The notes: generated from the sequence alone by a model not told the origin. DNA of 64,000 nucleotides from Octopus sinensis (GCF_006345805.1 NC_043018.1:9176001-9240000), one strand, 5' to 3'. Shown: positions 11,235 through 24,735, counted from the first letter of the stretch. Numbers and translations are program-made.

Positions 11235-11913
11235 CTGATAAAAACAAAACAAAAACAGAAACAATCATATCATCATTCAGAATCTTATTTCTTTACTGCC
11301 CAAAAAGGGGCTACACACGGAGGGGACAAACAAGGACAGACAAACGGATTAAGTCAATTATATCGACCCCAGCATCTGGTACTTATTTAATCAACCCTGA
11401 AAGGATGAAAGGCAAAGTCGACCTCTAAAATGTATTCCAGACTGACAAGCTACTCTACAACCTGTCATCAAATATTTCAGTTCTTCTGTCATCACTTCTG
11501 TGGAGTCTGACATCTGTCAGCATCACTTTCTCCTTACATTTTTCTTAGCCCTCTTCTTCCACAAGAATGCTACACCAATGATACTTTTTCACCAAACACT
11601 CAACCTGTGTATTCACCTGAGACAACCACACCGCACAGTTGTTACCTATGCATGCTCCAGTTGGCATCTGTATTACATTAGCCAACCTCTCAGCTCATTT
11701 GCACTCTAGCTTCCATCATCATCATCATTTAACGTCCGCTTTCCATGCTAGCATGGGTTGGACGATTTGACTGAGGTCTGTCGAACCAGACTACAATCTG
11801 ATCTGGTAGAGTTTCTACAGCTGGATGCCCTTCCTAACGCCAACCACTCCGAGAGTGTAGTGGGTGCTTTTACGTGCCACCAGCACAAGGGCCAGTTTGG
11901 TGGTACTGGCAAC

Positions 11914-12030
11914 TAATATTGTAGACTAATATTATATTATATTATAATAATATATATTATATTTAGACTAATTATATATTATAATAATATTATATTTAGA
12001 CTAATTATATGTAGACTAATATTATATTTT
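11914..12030. repeat. AT-rich minisatellite with repeated TAGACTAAT anchors
   Basis: Direct reading. Confidence 0.8.
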
Positions 12031-15000
12031 CATTGGACCAGGCTTACTTCATCTCTCTCTCCAGCATCTACAGATTTCCCCCAATTAATGCCAAAGTCTC
12101 ACTACCATGTAGTATCACATGTATCCAACATGTAGTTCTTCCCTTCACATAAAAAAAAGCCCTATTGTTATCTTGCCATAGTCTGGCAACTGGTTTTGTA
12201 ATGAACCCATCTGAAATAGTAACTAACAAATGTATTTAGTTAGAAACCTGGGCAGGTCTGGAACTTCAGTGCTCATGAAATATTATATTTGAATTAACAA
12301 GGAGGTGGGGGGGCTATATGTGGTCATTCGACCTGCTAGAAACAACACCCATATCTCCTTCATATCACATCCTACTGTCTTAGAAGAAAGAACATGTCAG
12401 ATGCCACCGAGAAAAACAGATGAAATGGTCCTGGTTGGAATACCTTTAATCAATAGGCTGGCACAATCAGCAAGTGATCAGGGTGGAGAGGCAAAGGAGG
12501 GAAACAATAACAAGAAATCTTACTTTATTGAACCCAGGAAGAAGGATGAAGGGCAACACCAACCCGGGCAGCATTTGAACCCAAAACCACAAAGACTAGA
12601 AAGTTGTATGCCATTTAACATTCATTGTTCTGTCCTTAGTTTGCATTCCACTTTTCCAAGCTGGCATGGGTTGGATAAGACATCCTTACATGGTATTCGA
12701 AAGCAGGACATCCTTCTTAAAGCCAATCTTTTCAAGGACCTGTTTCATTCCATGTCTTTGGAACATCAAATTATTGAGTTGAAAGCTTTTTTTTTTATTT
12801 TATGGACAACATAAACAGGTCATGCGTACGTGGGTGCACACACACACACACACACAGAGGACAGACTCAGAGACACAGACTATCATACTTACAGACACAT
12901 AGTCAGACATACTCAGACTAACAAAGACACAGTTAGAGAGGCAGAGACAGACAGACTCACATACCATACAAAACAGACATATGCATGCACACGCACACAC
13001 ACAGATAGATAGAGAGACAGATACACGCACATGCACACACAGAGTGAGATTTCATAGGTTTTTCATAGAAAACTTTGACTCACAATCCAGGAATCAATAC
13101 AGGCTGCACTGAACTTTTTAATCCCACAGCCGGTGCCCTACCACCCACAAATGGAAACAAAAACAAAAACAAAAAAAAAACACAAAAAAAGGTGTTTTTT
13201 TTAAAAAGAAAACAGTTTGTGTGTCTTTGTTGTGACAAGGTGTGACACAAAATGCACCTGGATAACCTAACTTGTTGCACTTAACATAAAAAAGAAAAAG
13301 ATTAGATCCCGGATATCTCACAGCAATGGGCTTCTTGCCCCCCCCCCACTTCCTCTCCTTCTTTTGTGCCAATCACACATTCTACAAGTGATTGAGAAAT
13401 AAGAAAAAAAAAAGAAAGAGAAAAAGGGAACTGCCATTGTGAGCAGCTGGAATGCCTTGGATCATCATAGGTCTGTAGAATTAGCAGTGGCCTAGGGTTA
13501 AATCCTATTCTCCAATAAAAAGCTAACAAACAAACATATAACCATCTTTGAGAAGTAATATTTCATTTGTTGTTGGTGTTTAACCCTGAGCAGTCCTATT
13601 GTCAAAGGCATTCCAGATATGACAATCCACCAGATATAGAGTAACTAATGTGTCCTTCCTTTTTTTATTTGTAGTAGGATAGAATTTGAGAAAGATTTAC
13701 TGCTATTTCTAGCAGATTGAGCCAACTACATAACTTTCCATAATTAAACATATTCATCCCGGTATGGCTATGTGGATTTTGGGTTCAATTTCACAGTCAG
13801 GCACCTTGGGCTGATCGAAGCTTTGTGAGAGGATTTGGTCGGTGGAAAGCCTGCCATAAGTCAAGGGAACTGGTTCTTTGTCCCAACATCCTCCTCCTCA
13901 TCATTTAACATTCCTAGTACATCAACATCAAAATAAAAATTCAAATGGAAATTGTAGTTAAGACACCCATGCCGGTGACACGTAAAAAGCACCGTCCGAA
14001 CATGGCAGATGCCAGCGCCGCCTGACTGGCGTCCGTGTCGGTGACACGTAAAAGCACCAACCGATCGTGGCCGTTTGCCAGCCTGCTCTGGCCCCTGTGC
14101 CGGTGGCACATAAAAAACACCCACTACACTCACGGAGTGGTTGGCGTTAGGAAGGGCATCCAGCTGTAGAAACACTGCCAAATCAGACTAGAGCCTGGTG
14201 CAGCCTCCATGGCTTCCAGACCCCAGTTGAACCATCCAACCCATGCTAGTGTGGAAAACAGACGTTAAATGATGATGATGATGATGATTCCAGCCTGGCA
14301 TGGATTGGGTGGTTTGAGAAGATCTAAAGAGCTGGAGGACTGCACTGAGTTCCAACTTCTACTTTGGCATGGTTTCTGCCAAAAACACTCAGTAGTACAC
14401 TTCAGAGTGTACTGAGTGTTTTGTTGTATGACCCCAGCACAAGTGAGGTCACCAAGTAACTGGAGGGGAGTGAGGGTATAGTGGAGAAGTGGCTTTGTGC
14501 TGGCTTTTGAAGGACATGCACATGTGTTTGCCTATAGAGGAGATACAAGGTTACCAAGAATTATATGAGAGCGAGTAGCTAGAAGTAAAAAAAAAAAAAA
14601 ACTCTTTTCCTCCTTTGCAGAGCCACAACTAACAGGAATTTGCTCTCAACCCACACCCTAGTACATCTGCACTGGTCAGTGACCTCAACTGTCTGTCACA
14701 GCTTACACAGGTCATTGGCTCCTGTTGCCCCTCTTTCTCCGAGTAGCTGTAATCTCTACATTAAACTGCGACTGCGTTGGTGTCGCAGCACAAAAGGCCA
14801 TAAAGCATCCTACATGCGGCAGGTTACCAACCCAACCAGCTGACGCATACGATAAACAAATCGATTACAAGTTAAACTTTCATTATCATTATAAAAGGAA
14901 ACCACGATTATCGTTTCTACTATATGTACAACAAGGCCTGAAATTCGTGGGGGGGGGGGGGAGGATGGTTGCTTACACTGACCCCAGTACACAACTGATT

Positions 15001-15065
15001 TAACGACCCTAAAAGGATGAAAGGTTAAGTCAACCTCAGCGGAATTTGAACTCATAATGTAAAGA

Positions 15066-15228
15066 GGCGCAGGAGTGGCTGTGTGGTAAGTAGCTTGCTA
15101 ACCAACCACACGGTTCCGGGTTCAGTCCCACTGCGTGGCATCTTGTGCAAGTGTCTTCTACTATAGCCCCGGGCCGACCAATGCCTTGTGAGTGAATTCA
15201 GTAGACAGAAACTGAAAGAAGCCTGTCG

Positions 15229-15269
<41 letters not shown>

Positions 15270-15475
15270 TTGTATGTCTGTGTTTGTCCCCTTAGCATCG
15301 CTTGACAACCGATGCTGGTGTGTTTACGTCCCCGTCACTTAGCGGTTCAGCAAAAGAGACTGATAGAATAAGTACTGGGCTTACAAAAGAATAAGTCCCG
15401 GGGTCGATTTGCTCGACTAAAGGCGGTGCTCCAGCATGGCCACAGTCAAATGACTGAAACAAGTAAAAGAGAGAG
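15066..15475 (+). mobile_element. SINE family A, full length
   Basis: Matches the family A consensus. Confidence 0.88.
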
Positions 15476-15864
15476 AGAGTATGGAAGAAATGCAGTTGAG
15501 CATTTCGCCAGGTGTGATAACGATTCTATCAGCTTGCCGCCTTAACCATAATAATAATAGTTTCAAATTCTAGCACAGGACCAGCAATTTTTGAAGGGAA
15601 GGGGTAAAGTCAATTACATTGACCCCAATACTTCACTGGTACCTAATTTTATAGACCCCACCCGAAAGGATGAAAGACAAATGAAATGCTGTTAAGTATT
15701 TTGTCTGCTGTGTCATTGGTTCTGCCAGTTTGTCCCCTTAGACATAAAACTAAACTGTCCCTCCATCGGTTATGATGACAAGGGTCCCAGCTGACCCCCG
15801 ATGAACGGAACAGCTTGCTCATGGAATTAATAACATGCAAGTGGCTGAGCCCTCCTCAGACATA

Positions 15865-16253
15865 CTCTCTTTACTCTTTTACTTGTTTCAGTCATTTGAC
15901 TGTGGCCATGCTGGAGCACCGCCTTTAGTCGAGCAAATCGACCCCGGGACTTATTCTTTGTAAGCCCAGTACTTATTCTATCGGTCTCTTTTGCCGAACC
16001 GCTAAGTGACGGGGACGTACGCACACCACCATCGGTTGTCAAGCAATGCTAGAGGGACAAACACAGACACACAAACATATATAAATACACATATATACGA
16101 CAGGCTTCTTTCAGTTTCCGTCTACTAAATCTACCAAGGCTTTGGTTGGCCCAAGGCTATAGCTGAAGACACTTGCCCAAGATGCCACGCAGTGGGACTG
16201 AACCCGGAACCATGTGGTTGATTAGCAAGCTACTTACCACACAGCCACTCCTG
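15865..16253 (-). mobile_element. SINE family A, full length
   Basis: Reverse complement of the family A consensus. Confidence 0.88.
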
Positions 16254-16513
16254 TGTACCCTTAACGTAGTTCTCAGGGAGATTCAGTGTGACAGAGAATG
16301 TGACAAGGCTTGCCCTTTGAAATACAGGTACTACTCATTTTTGTCAGCTGAGTGGACTGGACTAACATGAAATAAAGGGTCCTGCCCAAGGACAAAGCAC
16401 ACTGCCAGGAATTGAACTCACCACCTTATGATCCTGAGCCTAATACCCTAACCACTGTGCCTACACCATGCACCTCCACCTTAGATATAATAATAATGAA
16501 AAATTCATATCAC

Positions 16514-16894
16514 AGGTGCAGGAGTGGCTGTGTGGTAAGTAGCTTGCTTACCAACCATATGGTTCCGGGTTCAGTCTCACTGCGTGGCACCTTGGGCATG
16601 TGTCTTCTATTATAGCCTCGGGCCGACCAAAGCCTTGTGAGTGGATTTGGTAGATGGAAACTGAAAGAAGCCCATCGCGCGCACGTGTGTGTGTTTGTGT
16701 TTATTCCCCCCAACATCGCTTGACAACCGACGCTGGTGTGCTTACATCCCTGTAACTTAGTGGTTCGGCATAAGAGACTGATAAAGTACTAGGCTTACAA
16801 AGAATAAACCTCGGGGCCGATTTGGTTGACTAAAGGCAGTGCTCCAGCATGGCCACAGTCAAATGACTGAAACAAGTGAAAGAGTCAAAAAAGA
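16514..16894 (+). mobile_element. SINE family A, full length
   Basis: Matches the family A consensus. Confidence 0.85.
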
Positions 16895-17628
16895 GTATCA
16901 TTCGGCACCGCTTCGGATAGAAATGGACCTTCTGCACTCATTCTTTAATTTTTCTAAGCTGGCATGGGTTAGACACAGAGTTATTTGGGACAAGGTTTTA
17001 CAGCTGGGTGCACCTCCTGTCACCAAACCTTAACTGTTTTTCATCATGTAAGGCATAAATCTTTTTTCTTCTTATTTCAGAGGCTGTCAAAAATGTGAGC
17101 AACTGGCTCACAATGTCAACAAAGAATGCCACCAACACCAGAGTCTCATTAAAGTGATGACAAGTGTAATATCAACACAAACAATATATATATATAAAAT
17201 TGAATAAGGGTAGAAATTGATATTAATCAATTAAAAACAGTGGCCTAGCATATTAAAAAAATCCGAAGATTAAAATATTTTTTACATACAAAATTTAAAG
17301 GACTGACCACTAAAAGTGGACAGTCAATATGCTAGATATAGACATCAAAATTGCTATTTTCCACGAAGAATGTTTTCTCAAGAAAAAACTCAGCACAAAA
17401 CCAAAGTGTAAAAAATAAGCAAGACAAATGAAAATATACGAAATAAAAAACGATTCTTCGTAGAAAACAGTGATTTTGACGTCTATATCTAGCATATTGA
17501 CTGTCCACTTTTAGTGGTCAGTCCTTTAATTTATATATATATATAAATTAAATTTATATATATATTAAATTTATATATATATATAAAACTAACTATAAAA
17601 CTATAAAACTAACTTTTCCTCTCACACC

Positions 17629-17683
17629 GTCTCCGATGAAGGGATATTATTATTAATTAATATCCTTGAAACAGCTGTAAGAC
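17629..17683 (+). ncRNA. Minimal type-I hammerhead ribozyme motif (core CCGATGA)
   Basis: Stem I GTCT/AGAC, 9-bp stem II, GAAA, palindromic ACAGCTGT stem III, GTA site. Confidence 0.6.
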
Positions 17684-17744
17684 CTTCTATCTATAAATGC
17701 TCTAATATCTATACAGCCCTAGCTTTTTATCTCATTATGCAATA

Positions 17745-17775
<31 letters not shown>

Positions 17776-17779
17776 ATAT

Positions 17780-18082
17780 GTGGAGGCACAATGGCCCAGT
17801 GGTTAGGGCAGCAGACTCACAGTCATAGGATCGTGGTTTCGATTCCCAAACCGGGCGTTGTGAGTGTTTATTGAGCAAAAACACCTAAAGCTCCACGAGG
17901 CTCCGGCAGGGGGTGGTGGCGATCCCTGCTGTACACTTTCGCCACAACTTTCTCTCACTCTTTCTTCTGTTGGCCTGCTCGCTTAGCCAGCGGGGTGGCG
18001 TCATTTGAAGGCTAAAACAATGCAAAGCGCATTGTGACCAGCGATGTGTAGTAGCATCTGATAGCCTGGTCGGTCACGGTGA
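17780..18082 (+). mobile_element. SINE family B, tail type 2
   Basis: Same head and core as 41281-41666 but a different 3' half. Confidence 0.8.
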
Positions 18083-18520
18083 TATATATATATGCAAAAG
18101 GCTTCTTGAAGTTTCTCTCTGCCAAATTTACTTGCTCGATGTGCTGTGTGTGTGTGTGTGTGTGGTGGTGGTGGTGGTGGTGGTGGGCATGGCTGTGTGG
18201 TTAAGAAGTTTACTTCGCCAACCATATTAATTTCTGGTTCAGTCTCTGTGTGTGGCACTTTGGGGCAAGTGTCTTGTACTCTATCCCTGAGGAGCTGACT
18301 AAAGCTTTGTGATTTGGAAGACGGAAGCTGAAAGAAGACCACTGTATATGTATATTTTCGTGTGTGTGTGTGTGTGTGTGTGAGTACGCATCCATGTACT
18401 TGTGTCTGCTTGTTCGAACAATGCACAATAGCTGTGACTGACATTGTCCCACAAGCAGTCTTCTTGTTTTCCAGTCTTCTGCAAAAACATGTTTGGTCAA
18501 GGGGAAATATTATGTTTGGA

Positions 18521-19430
18521 AGGCAGCGAGCTGGCAGAAACGTTGGCACAGCGGGAGAAATGCTTAACAGTATTTTGTCTGTCTTTACGTTCAAATTCCA
18601 CTGAGGTCGATTTTGCCTTTCATCCTTTCGGTGTCAATAATTAAGTACCAGTGACGCACTGGGGATCGATGTAATCGACTTAATCCGTTTGTCCCCTCTG
18701 TGTTTAGCCCCTTGTGGGTAGTAAAGAAATAAGTATTTTGTCTGTCTTTATGTTCTGAGTTCAAATTCCACCGAGGTTGATTTTGCCTTTCATCCTTTCG
18801 GGGTCAATTAAATAAGTACCAGTTACGTACTGGGGTCAATATAATCGACTTAATCCCTTTGTCCTTGTTTGTCCACTGTGTTTAGCCCCTTGTGGGTAGT
18901 AAAGAAATAAGTATTTTGTCTGTCTTTATGTTCTGAGTTCAAATTCCACCGAGGTTGATTTTGCTTTTCATCCTTTCGGGGTCAATTAAATAAGTACCAG
19001 TTACGTACTGGGGTCAATATAATCGACTTAATCCCTTTGTCCTTGTTTGTCCACTGTGTTTAGCCCCTTGTGGGTAGTAAAGAAATAAGTATTTTGTCTG
19101 TCTTTATGTTCTGAGTTCAAATTCCACCGAGGTTGATTTTGCCTTTCATCCTTTCGGGGTCAATTAAATAAGTACCAGTTACGTACTGGGGTCAATATAA
19201 TCGACTTAATCCCTTTGTCCTTGTTTGTCCACTGTGTTTAGCCCCTTGTGGGTAGTAAAGAAATAAGTATTTTGTCTGTCTTTATGTTCTGAGTTCAAAT
19301 TCCACCGAGGTTGATTTTGCCTTTCATCCTTTTGGGGTCAATAAATTAAATACCAGTTGCATACTGGGGTCGAGCTAATTGACTGACCTCTCCCCCAAAA
19401 TTTCGGGCCTTGTACCTAGTGTAGAAAAGA
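18521..19430 (+). repeat. Head-to-tail tandem array of the SINE family C body, 178-bp period
   Basis: AAATAAGTATTTTGTCTGTC recurs at 18727, 18905, 19083 and 19261; only one tRNA-like head, at 18521. Confidence 0.9.
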
Positions 19431-19655
19431 ATATCATGTTTGGAAACAGGTGAGGGTTGGTGGTAGGGGATCCAACCATAGAAAATCTACTTCAACAAAC
19501 TGTCTGACCTGTGAAAGCATGGAAATATGTTAGAATGATTAAACAATTCTATTAACAGCTACACATACATTGCTTGTAGCAACATCGGTTTTGTCTTAGC
19601 ATTACAATTGAAGGAAGAGGCATTTTTTGTTGACTAAAATTGCAAAAACACTCAC

Positions 19656-20134
19656 CCGGTCATTTAGTCTGATCCCTCCGACATCAAGTACGGCTTGTTC
19701 TAGCATCTGGTCTGACACACCGGAACTTAAAATGTGGCCAGGTTGACTCTGGGTCAAGTTCAATTGAAATAAGCGCTTCACCTCGCTCATCGTTAGAACG
19801 TAACGAGTATTTAGTTTATCTTTAACAAAAGACTGAAGTCCCTGGAGCACATCCTCTTTATGGTTAAATACATGATTATTAAAAGACACACTGCCTTTGC
19901 TGTTCCCCACCCCTGTCGAAGGTCTTAAACCACCTTCATTTGTAAAAGCACCATCACCAGTGATATCTAATATTTCCACACAGTTATCATCTAATCCATC
20001 CTTGTTTGCTGCTGCCCGGTCGGTACCCTCTGGCTCAATGTCACTGTGGTCAGATATGCTTCGGCCGCTCATAGTCCGCTTCCGAGACTTGGTTGGTGTG
20101 CGAGGTTTCTTACATTTCTCCGGAGTGGTTTGCT
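19656..20134 (-). CDS. POLR3E: POLR3E exon 15 (linker plus start of the C-terminal winged-helix region)
   Basis: cttgcAG acceptor, GTGAGT donor, 479 nt, phase 1/0. Contains FVKDKLNTRYVLTMSEVKRLF...PGHILSSGVSDQML (ORF 19602..20072). Confidence 0.94.
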
Positions 20135-21746
20135 CTGCAAGAAGATTGGAATGAAGGAGTTACAGCACAAAAATTCAGAATAAACAGGTCATCAAGACAA
20201 TGGAAATCTCACTGTATCACATAGATTAGGGATCTTACGGAATGACCCTCTCTCTCTTTCGGAGAGGCACTGAGCAGCTGTACGCACACATACACACACG
20301 GCAGTAGCTCCCGCCTACCGAATTCAATCACAAAGCTCCGGTCGACTCGGGGCTATAGTGGAAGACACCTACCCAAAGTGCCACACAGTGGGACTGAACC
20401 CGAAACCATGTAGCTAGGAAGCAAGCTCCCTAACCACACAGCCATGCCCGCGCCAAAAACATTTCTCCAAATGTCATTGTAGCACAATTTGTAAACATTT
20501 AACAAAACCCCAAACAAACACAATCAGTTTGAGGTTAACCCTTTAGTGTTCTGATTATTCAATCAAACATAATGCCTATTGATTCGAATTAATCATGCAT
20601 TATCTCATATCTTCAAGATCTTGATGGTGTAATTGCTTAATGTAGAATAACATTGTAGGGTAGGTGTGAGAGCCTGGATCTGGTCAGTTTGAACATAAAA
20701 CAGATTAACTATTTTGGCCGGTTTAAATACTAAAGGGTTAATCTTTTTGATACCAACCTGCATGAGACTGCCTTTCATTCTACGATACAAACTTTTTGTT
20801 TTAAAGTGGCCTCAATTAAAACCTTCCATCAAAATTTAATGTCAACTTATGTACCAAACACCAATTTAATAATGACAGAGTTATTTTACTAAATTCTTGA
20901 TGATTTTGAAAATTAACTGAAATGGCACCAGTGACGTCGCAACTGATTTCTGCAGCTGAGTAAACTGGAGGAACATGAAATGCTCAAAAGCACAACACAC
21001 GGCCTAGTTCAAGAATCGAACCTCACGATAGTGATAGCGAGTCCAACGCTCTAACCACTAAGCTGTAGGGGAGGGAATAATGTAAGTTAGATAATGATGG
21101 GCAGTTATCATTTTGCATGTGAGGCGGGACATGGTGACGAATGAAAGAATGATGTGAGTTGGCGGTTGGGTAAGAGATTTGTCATCGAAAGGTGATGGGA
21201 ATTAGTGAGGTCTGTGTTAATTGGTGGCGTTAGGAAGGGCATCCAGCTGTAGAAGCCGTGTCAGACCAGATTGGAGCCCGGTACAGTCTTCTGGCTTGCC
21301 AGTCCACAGTCAAACCGTCCAACCCATGCCAGTATGGAAAGCTAAGATGTATCAGCCTTTGCCTTTCCCTTGGATAACAACGGTGGCACGGAAAGGGAAG
21401 GCTGGCAACGTACCTGTTTTCAGTCAAACCGTCCAACCCATGCCAGCATGGAAAGTGGACGTTAAATGATTATATACACACACTCTCTCTATCTTTCTAT
21501 CTCTCTCTCTCTCAACTTCTTTCAGTTACTGTCTATTAAATCCACCATATTTATAGCCTTGGGCTATAGTAGAAGGTGCCACAAGGTGGGACTGAACCTG
21601 AAACCATGTAATTGGGAAACAAACTCCTTAACCCCGTAGCCCTACATCAACATCTTTTAACAGCAAGACCCAAAAGGCTGGTCTTCTATAAAACAACCTT
21701 GCAAGTTAAGGGCTCGTTATCCATTATGTAATAAATATATAAACAG

Positions 21747-22085
21747 TGAAGACGCATGGCTCAGTGGTTAGAGAACCAGGCTCACAATCACGAGGTAGTG
21801 AGTTCAATTCCGGGACTGGGCTGCATATTGTATTCTTGAGCAAGACACTTTATTTCATGTTGCTCCAGTTCGCTCAGCTGTAGAAATGAGTTGTGATGTC
21901 ACTGGTACCGAGCTGTATCGGCCCCTTTGCCTTTCCCTTGGATAACATCAGTGGTATCTAAGGAGGGAGGCTGGTATGCACGGGCGACTGCTGGTCTTTC
22001 ATAAACAACATTGCCCGGACTTGTGCCTCAGAGGGGAACTTCCCACAGGCAATCTCGTGGTCATTTGTGATCGAAGGGGGTCTTA
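21747..22085 (+). mobile_element. SINE family E (tRNA head, CTTGAGCAAGACACTT core); partial copies near 30065-30262, 38370-38612, 42760-42900
   Basis: A box TGGCTCAGTGG, B box GAGTTCAATTCC. Confidence 0.75.
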
Positions 22086-22235
22086 TATCCTCACTTACAC
22101 CATTTGACCATCCAGTCTCACCCATCACAATCATACTCTTTCATTTATTCACTCTTCCTCCAATATAATTTACCATTTTACTAATTAACATCCCAACTAA
22201 TTACAGTCCAATTAGTTTATTATTTGATGACGTAC

Positions 22236-22342
22236 CTTTATGTTTCTTCTCAATCTCTTTACAATTAATTTTCAGCTGTTTACATAAACTCTGGAACTTT
22301 GCTTCCCATAACACCTTCTGTCGTTGGATTATTTCCGGATAT
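22236..22342 (-). CDS. POLR3E: POLR3E exon 14 (YPEIIQRQKVLWEAKFQSLCKQLK...)
   Basis: AG acceptor, GTACGT donor, 107 nt, phase 2/1. Resembles HPDVVQRQHMLW. Confidence 0.93.
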
Positions 22343-23761
22343 CTACAAAACAAGAACATTTATTAAGATTAATCTTCCTTATAAACACCACAAACAGTAG
22401 AAGCTGCTTATTGTTATCACATTCAAATGAGGTGGTTTTCATAACAACCAGCCGATGACATTAACCCATTTGATGCCAACATACTTAAGTATTTGGCATT
22501 CTGGCCTCTCATACCCGCCACCCCAAATAATCATATTCATTTCTTTATTGCCCACAAGGGGCTAAACATAGAGGGGACAAACAAAGACAGACAAGGGGAT
22601 CAAGTCGAATACATGGACCCCAGTGATTTACTGGTACTTATTTAATCGACCCCGAAAGGATGAAATCAAAGTCGACCTCAGCGGAATTTGAACTCAGACT
22701 GTAGCGGCAGACGAATTATGGCTGCGCATTTCGCCCGGTGTGCTAACGGTTCTGCCAGCTTGCCGCCTTATTATTGAAATCTTGGCGCTACAAGTTGATG
22801 CATGATTAATTCAAATCAAAGGGAATAAATAAGCATCACATTCGACAGAATAAACTGAATGCCAAAGGGTTAATTAGGGCTCACCTGAAGTTTTAACAAC
22901 AAAAATACAAAACAAGCCAATGGGGTGGGGGCTCTATGTTGTCGTTTGAGTTGCTAGAAATAGCACCAAATTTCTATCAAATCATACTCTGTCATCTTAA
23001 AATGGAAGGCACACGCAGTACAATGCAGTCCTAGATGTTCTTTTATTCTTCTCTTTTACTTGTTTCAGTCATTTGACTGTGGCACTACCTTAAAGGGGTT
23101 TCTTTAGTCAAAGAAATCAACTCCAGGTGACACAGCAGTCAAAAATCGTAAAAAATAGGGATTTTCATAGAAAAAAAAAGCACCTTTTTGATGTAAATAA
23201 TTTTTGGTCTTAACATGGTCCGATTTGAATTTTTTCTTCTATGGAAGGAAGAGCAAGCCTTCTTCTATCATACTCTCAATTTTGGTCAACTTGTGCCGCA
23301 GGGTCTCGGAGGAGATAGTGTTAGTTGAAGGTTACCAAACCTGCCACACACACAGACAGACAACTTCAGCTTTATATGTATAGATTATCTCATAGCATCA
23401 ATATTTTGATATAATTGTTTATTTTTAGAATGACATTGTAGGCTTGGTGTAAGAGACTGGATCTGGTCAGTCTGAACATAAAACAGGTAGACTATTTTGG
23501 GCCGGATATGGCCAGTTTAAATGTTAAGAGGTTAAAACAAAGTAGTACAGGTAGTTTCAGGTAGGTTGGTATTAAAATGATTAAACTGCTGCAGAGTATG
23601 ATTGTAAGGCAAACCAGTATGGAATTGAGAAATGGACTTCTTAATCGTACAAACACACCTGAGCCAAATTGTAAAGAAATAAACAAGTTTAAACAAAGAA
23701 ACGGGAAGAAAAAGAAAGAAAAAAAAACCCAATAAAGAAAAGTGTATAAAGAAAATATCAC

Positions 23762-23865
23762 CTGCTACAAAATTCTTTGTCATAATCAAAGAGGAATTCC
23801 CATCCATGGCTGACACGAACACGAGACATTTGTTCTAGAATGTCTTTGACATCTTCAGCAGGCAA
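23762..23865 (-). CDS. POLR3E: POLR3E exon 13 (LPAEDVKDILEQMSRVRVSHGWEFLFDYDKEFCS)
   Basis: AG acceptor, GTGATA donor, 104 nt, phase 0/2. AEDVKD.LE.M...GWEF motif. Confidence 0.94.
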
Positions 23866-24348
23866 CTAGAGAAATAGAAAAAGCAAAATGAGAACAATAT
23901 TGGGTATTCTTTTAGAAAATAGCAGAGTTTTATATTTTCTGAATAGCTTTGACTGTAAACAAGAAAGGAACTAACCAAAGAGAATGGGACGAAGCAGAAC
24001 TGCTTTAGCCTTTTAGTAATTAAACTGGTCAGCGGCTAACTGGCTTCTGTGCCAGTGGCACATAAAAGGCACCATTCGAGTATGATCATTACCAGCATCG
24101 CCTTACTGGCACTTGTGCCCATGCTAGCAGGGTGCTAAGAGCACCATCCGAGCGTGATCGTTGCCAGAGCAGCTAACTGGCTTCCATACTGGTGGCATAT
24201 AAATGGCACCATTCAAGCATGATCGTTACCAGCGTCACCTTACTGGCACCTGTGATATTGCATGATTAATTGAATAAATAAGCATAACATTTGACAAAAT
24301 AATCTGAATGCTAAAGGATTAACAGCTGAAATGGATGGACCAACTTAC

Positions 24349-24408
24349 CTTTATGACAGAAGATATTTCTTTCCTGGTTACGTATCTGGTGTGAAGGAAC
24401 TTCCACAT
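24349..24408 (-). CDS. POLR3E: POLR3E exon 12 (MWKFLHTRYVTRKEISSVIK)
   Basis: AG acceptor, GTAAGT donor, 60 nt. Confidence 0.95.
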
Positions 24409-24653
24409 CTGTAAAGGAAGAATATGTGGTTTACTTAATAGGGTTAGATAACAGCAGGGAACGGTGGGATTTCAAGGCAGAGACAGATTAGAAACAGTTA
24501 CAGACCAATACAATGAGAGCACCATTTGAGCGTGGCCATTGCCAGTACCGCCTGGCTGGCCCTCAGTTGGAATTCTATCATTCTTAGAAATGCCAAACAT
24601 TTCTAGATTCTGAGATTCTGATAATATTGTTTTGATAAGATGAAGGTACTGAC

Positions 24654-24735
24654 CAGGTAGTCTCTTCCTCGACATAAATGTTCAGCAGATACACCACTGT
24701 GGGGGCTGGTTGCATCTTTCGGGTACAGGATTTCA
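24654..24735 (-). CDS. POLR3E: POLR3E exon 11 (EILYPKDATSPHSGVSAEHLCRGRDYL)
   Basis: AG acceptor, GTCAGT donor, 82 nt, phase 2/0. Resembles ILYPKDSSSPHSGVPAEVLCRGRDFV. Confidence 0.96.

Noticed and set aside
17780-17860. SINE heads as functional tRNA genes
   Set aside because: They have A and B boxes but no complete cloverleaf, and they continue into SINE bodies.
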